A DNA stretch of 64,000 nt from an uncultured Actinomycetes bacterium. Its GTDB lineage: Bacteria > Actinomycetota > UBA4738 > HRBIN12. Each line of letters begins with the position of its first letter. The first letter of the stretch is position 1. Below, piece by piece: positions 61,687 through 64,000 of the stretch. The notes under the pieces are model-generated. The model did not search any database. It was given only the letters and a program-made list of their open reading frames with translations, and was not told the DNA's origin. A program made the translations under genes and the position numbers. The stretch covers positions 419,042 to 483,041 of the forward strand of contig CAVQKV010000001.1 of NCBI GenBank assembly GCA_963713185.1, in the 5' to 3' direction.

Positions 61687-61712
61687 CCCGCTGATACGGA
61701 CCGAGCCCTTCC

Positions 61713-62687
61713 TCACACGTCGATGACGAGTTTGCCACGAGCGTGGCCGGTCGCGAGGTGGCGGATCGCGTCGGGGGCCTCGACGAGCGAGTAGGTCTGC
61801 CCGACGACCGGCGTCACGCTGCCGGCCTCGATGAGCTCGGTCACGGCGCGCAGGTCCTCGAGGCTCACCTTCGAGTTCAGCGCGCCGAGCCGCTGACCCA
61901 CGAACACCGACAACAGGGGCGCACGGAGCATGCCGCGGAAGAACCCACCGGTCCAAGGTCCCCCGCCGTCCCCTCCGACGATCACGAGGGTTCCCTTCGG
62001 GGTCAGGGCGCGACGCAGTCGCGACACCGGACGGCGTCCGGCCGTGTCGACGATCACGTCCCACGTGCGCGAACCGTCCGTGAAGTCCTCGCGCGTGTAG
62101 TCGATCACGTCGTCCGCGCCGATCGACCGGACGAGGTCCAGCTTCGAGGTGCTGCACACGCCGGTCACCTCCGCGCCGAACGCCTTCGCGATCTGCACCG
62201 CGAACGTCCCCACGCCCCCGCCCGCGCCGACGATGAGCACCTTCTGCCCCGCCTGTACGTCGGCCTTGTCGCGGATGGCCTGGATGGCCGTGACGCCCGA
62301 GATCGGAGCCGCCGCGGCCTGCTCGAACGAGAGACGCGCCGGCTTGCGAACGAGCTTGTCCGGTCGCGCGATCACGTACTCGGCGAAGGATCCCTCGGGA
62401 GCCTCGCCCATCACCTCGTCGCCGGGCCGGAACGCGGTGACCCCGGCCCCGACCGCCTCGACCGTCCCCGCGACGTCCCAGCCCCGGACACTCACCTTGG
62501 GCCTGCGGAACCCGATCATCAGCCGGGCGAAGTACGGCTGCCCCGTCATGAGATGCCACACATCCGGGCCGCAGCCGGCCGAGCGCACCCTGATGAGCAC
62601 GTCCTCCTCGCCGACCATGGGATCCTCGACGTCGCGCAGCTCGAGCACGTCCGTCGAGCCGTACCGGTCCTGAGCGATCGCCTTCAT
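61713..62687 (-). CDS. Zinc-type alcohol dehydrogenase / NADPH:quinone oxidoreductase family protein
   Basis: RBS GGAGGAG. Motifs: ...VLIRVRSAGCGPDVWH...GDEVMG... and the Rossmann VLIVGAGGGVGTFAVQIAK. Confidence 0.9.
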   Translation of the reverse strand: MKAIAQDRYGSTDVLELRDVEDPMVGEEDVLIRVRSAGCGPDVWHLMTGQPYFARLMIGFRRPKVSVRGWDVAGTVEAVGAGVTAFRPGDEVMGEAPEGSFAEYVIARPDKLVRKPARLSFEQAAAAPISGVTAIQAIRDKADVQAGQKVLIVGAGGGVGTFAVQIAKAFGAEVTGVCSTSKLDLVRSIGADDVIDYTREDFTDGSRTWDVIVDTAGRRPVSRLRRALTPKGTLVIVGGDGGGPWTGGFFRGMLRAPLLSVFVGQRLGALNSKVSLEDLRAVTELIEAGSVTPVVGQTYSLVEAPDAIRHLATGHARGKLVIDV

Positions 62688-62715
62688 CCGTCTCCTCCTC
62701 GTCTCCCAGCCTGTT

Positions 62716-62764
62716 GGTGTACGCCGTACACCTGCCGTTTCACCCTAGGGTGTACGTCGTACAC
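62716..62764. promoter_or_regulatory. Two perfect palindromic operators GTGTACGnCGTACAC in the TetR/oxidoreductase divergent region
   Basis: GGTGTACGcCGTACACC at 62716-62732 and GTGTACGtCGTACAC at 62750-62764, read directly. Confidence 0.6.
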
Positions 62765-62812
62765 TGTCAACCCCGGGACGGCGCGGGGCTCGGCGGAAGG
62801 AGGAGTCAGGGG

Positions 62813-63508
62813 ATGGCGACGAAGACCGGGGAGACGGCCCAGGGGCGCGCGCCCCTTAGCAGGGAGCGGATCCTCGGCACCGCCGTCGCCCTGGCGGATG
62901 AGGGCGGGATCGAGTCGCTCGGCATGCGCCGGATCGCGCTCGAGCTCGGCGTCGTGCCGATGGCGCTCTACAAGCACGTGGCCAACAAGGACGAGATGCT
63001 CGACGGCATGGTCGACGTCGTCGTGGGCGAGATCGACCCGCCGCTTCCCGACGCCGACTGGAAGACGACGATCCGCGAGCGGATGCTCTCCGCCCGCCGG
63101 GTGCTGCTCCGCCACCCCTGGGCCTCGCGGGTGATCGAATCGCGGACCGATCCGACGCCGACGGTGATCGGGTACATGGACTCGATGATCGGGATCCTCC
63201 GCAGGGGCGGTTTCTCGATCGACCTGACCCATCACGCGATGCACGCGATGGGCAGCCGCGCACTCGGCTTCTCGCAGGAGCTGTTCGACGACTCCCCAGA
63301 CGATCCGCCGCAGATCCAGGCGATCGCGATGCAGCAGATGGCCGAGGCCTACCCCAACATCTCCGAGATGGTCGCGGGGATCACCCACGATGACGCCACG
63401 GTCGTCGGTCTCGGCTGCGACGATCAGTTCGAGTTCGAGTTCGCGCTGGACCTGATGCTCGAGGGGTTCGAGCGGTTACGGCAACGGGAGCAGGCGGGAA
63501 ACGGCTGA
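62813..63508 (+). CDS. TetR/AcrR-family transcriptional regulator
   Basis: ORF 62714..63508, trimmed to ATG 62813 (RBS GGAAGGAGGAG). Motifs: SRERILGTAVALADEGGIESLGMRRIALELGVVPMALYKHV. Confidence 0.9.
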   Translation: MATKTGETAQGRAPLSRERILGTAVALADEGGIESLGMRRIALELGVVPMALYKHVANKDEMLDGMVDVVVGEIDPPLPDADWKTTIRERMLSARRVLLRHPWASRVIESRTDPTPTVIGYMDSMIGILRRGGFSIDLTHHAMHAMGSRALGFSQELFDDSPDDPPQIQAIAMQQMAEAYPNISEMVAGITHDDATVVGLGCDDQFEFEFALDLMLEGFERLRQREQAGNG

Positions 63509-63511
63509 GCG

Positions 63512-63892
63512 ATGGAGAAACCCAAGAACGTCGCAGCGTACCTGAAGTCGCTCGACGAGGAACAGCGAGCCGCCGTCCAGAAGCTGCGCGAGACGATCGC
63601 CGCCGCGGCACCCGAGGCCGAGGAGGGGATCACGTACAGCATGCCGGGGTTTCTCCTCGGCGGGAAGGGCTTCGTCGCGTACGCCGCGTTCAACGACCAC
63701 TACAGCTTCTTCCCGATGAGCTCGAAGGCGGTGGACGCCCACCGCGACGAGCTGGGGCCGCTCGTGACCGGGAAAGGGACGATCCAGTTCGAGTACGGCA
63801 AGCGGCTGCCGACGGCGCTCGTGAAGAAGGTCGTCCGGACACGCCTCGCCGAGGTCGCCGACCGACAGCGCCGACGGACGCCGAAGCCCTAG
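63512..63892 (+). CDS. DUF1801 (YdhG-like) domain protein
   Basis: Motifs: VAAYLKSLDEEQRAAVQKLRETI...ITYSMPGF...IQFEYGKRLP. Confidence 0.8.
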   Translation: MEKPKNVAAYLKSLDEEQRAAVQKLRETIAAAAPEAEEGITYSMPGFLLGGKGFVAYAAFNDHYSFFPMSSKAVDAHRDELGPLVTGKGTIQFEYGKRLPTALVKKVVRTRLAEVADRQRRRTPKP

Positions 63893-64000
63893 CTCGCCGG
63901 TTGGAGCGCGCTCCTGACGAAACCGATGACCTCCCGCTCGCGGCGACGGAGCGAGGCCCGGCCCTTGTCCTGGCCGACGACAGCGTTCAGCACGCTCGCC
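63889..64000 (-). CDS. 3' end of an unidentified gene (partial at the window edge)
   Basis: My reverse translation reads ...ASVLNAVVGQDKGRASLRRREREVIGFVRSALQPAS-stop. GC3 is high. It is only 37 codons, so the call is tentative. Confidence 0.3.
   Translation of the reverse strand, partial: ASVLNAVVGQDKGRASLRRREREVIGFVRSALQPAS

Overview
High-GC actinobacterial chromosomal segment (roughly 70% GC by eye, not computed). It holds about 50 protein-coding genes and one tRNA-Pro(CGG). I recognised no rRNA, CRISPR array, transposase or integrase. Core content: the AdnA/AdnB helicase-nuclease pair; a crp - MBL hydrolase - RidA - whiB - class A PBP - metallophosphoesterase block that mirrors M. tuberculosis Rv3676-Rv3683 (from memory) but is interrupted by NUDIX, MidA-like, BNR lipoprotein, an orphan nuoD and selA-selB; a pentose-phosphate cluster (rpe, fused tal-pgi, gnd); two ECF sigma/anti-sigma pairs; and an OmpR/HK two-component system followed by two acidic repeat proteins. 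Four things stand out. (i) In a 5.7-kb block (50.0-55.7 kb), an aldo/keto reductase, a giant cyclase-STAND ATPase-TPR-SBP_bac_5 gene and an ADP-ribosylglycohydrolase gene are riddled with frameshifts, while neighbouring long genes are intact. (ii) A lower-GC island (about 4.4-7.1 kb) carries two paralogous multi-TM HisKA_3 kinases and a 27-codon sORF. (iii) A split ClpC2-like HTH + Clp_N pair sits behind a leaderless-type promoter covered by palindromes. (iv) The native N-terminus of one histidine kinase is preceded by a perfect SD and an ACG instead of a canonical start. All family calls come from motif recognition by eye. No searches were run, and coordinates of elements absent from the ORF track may be off by 1-2 nt.
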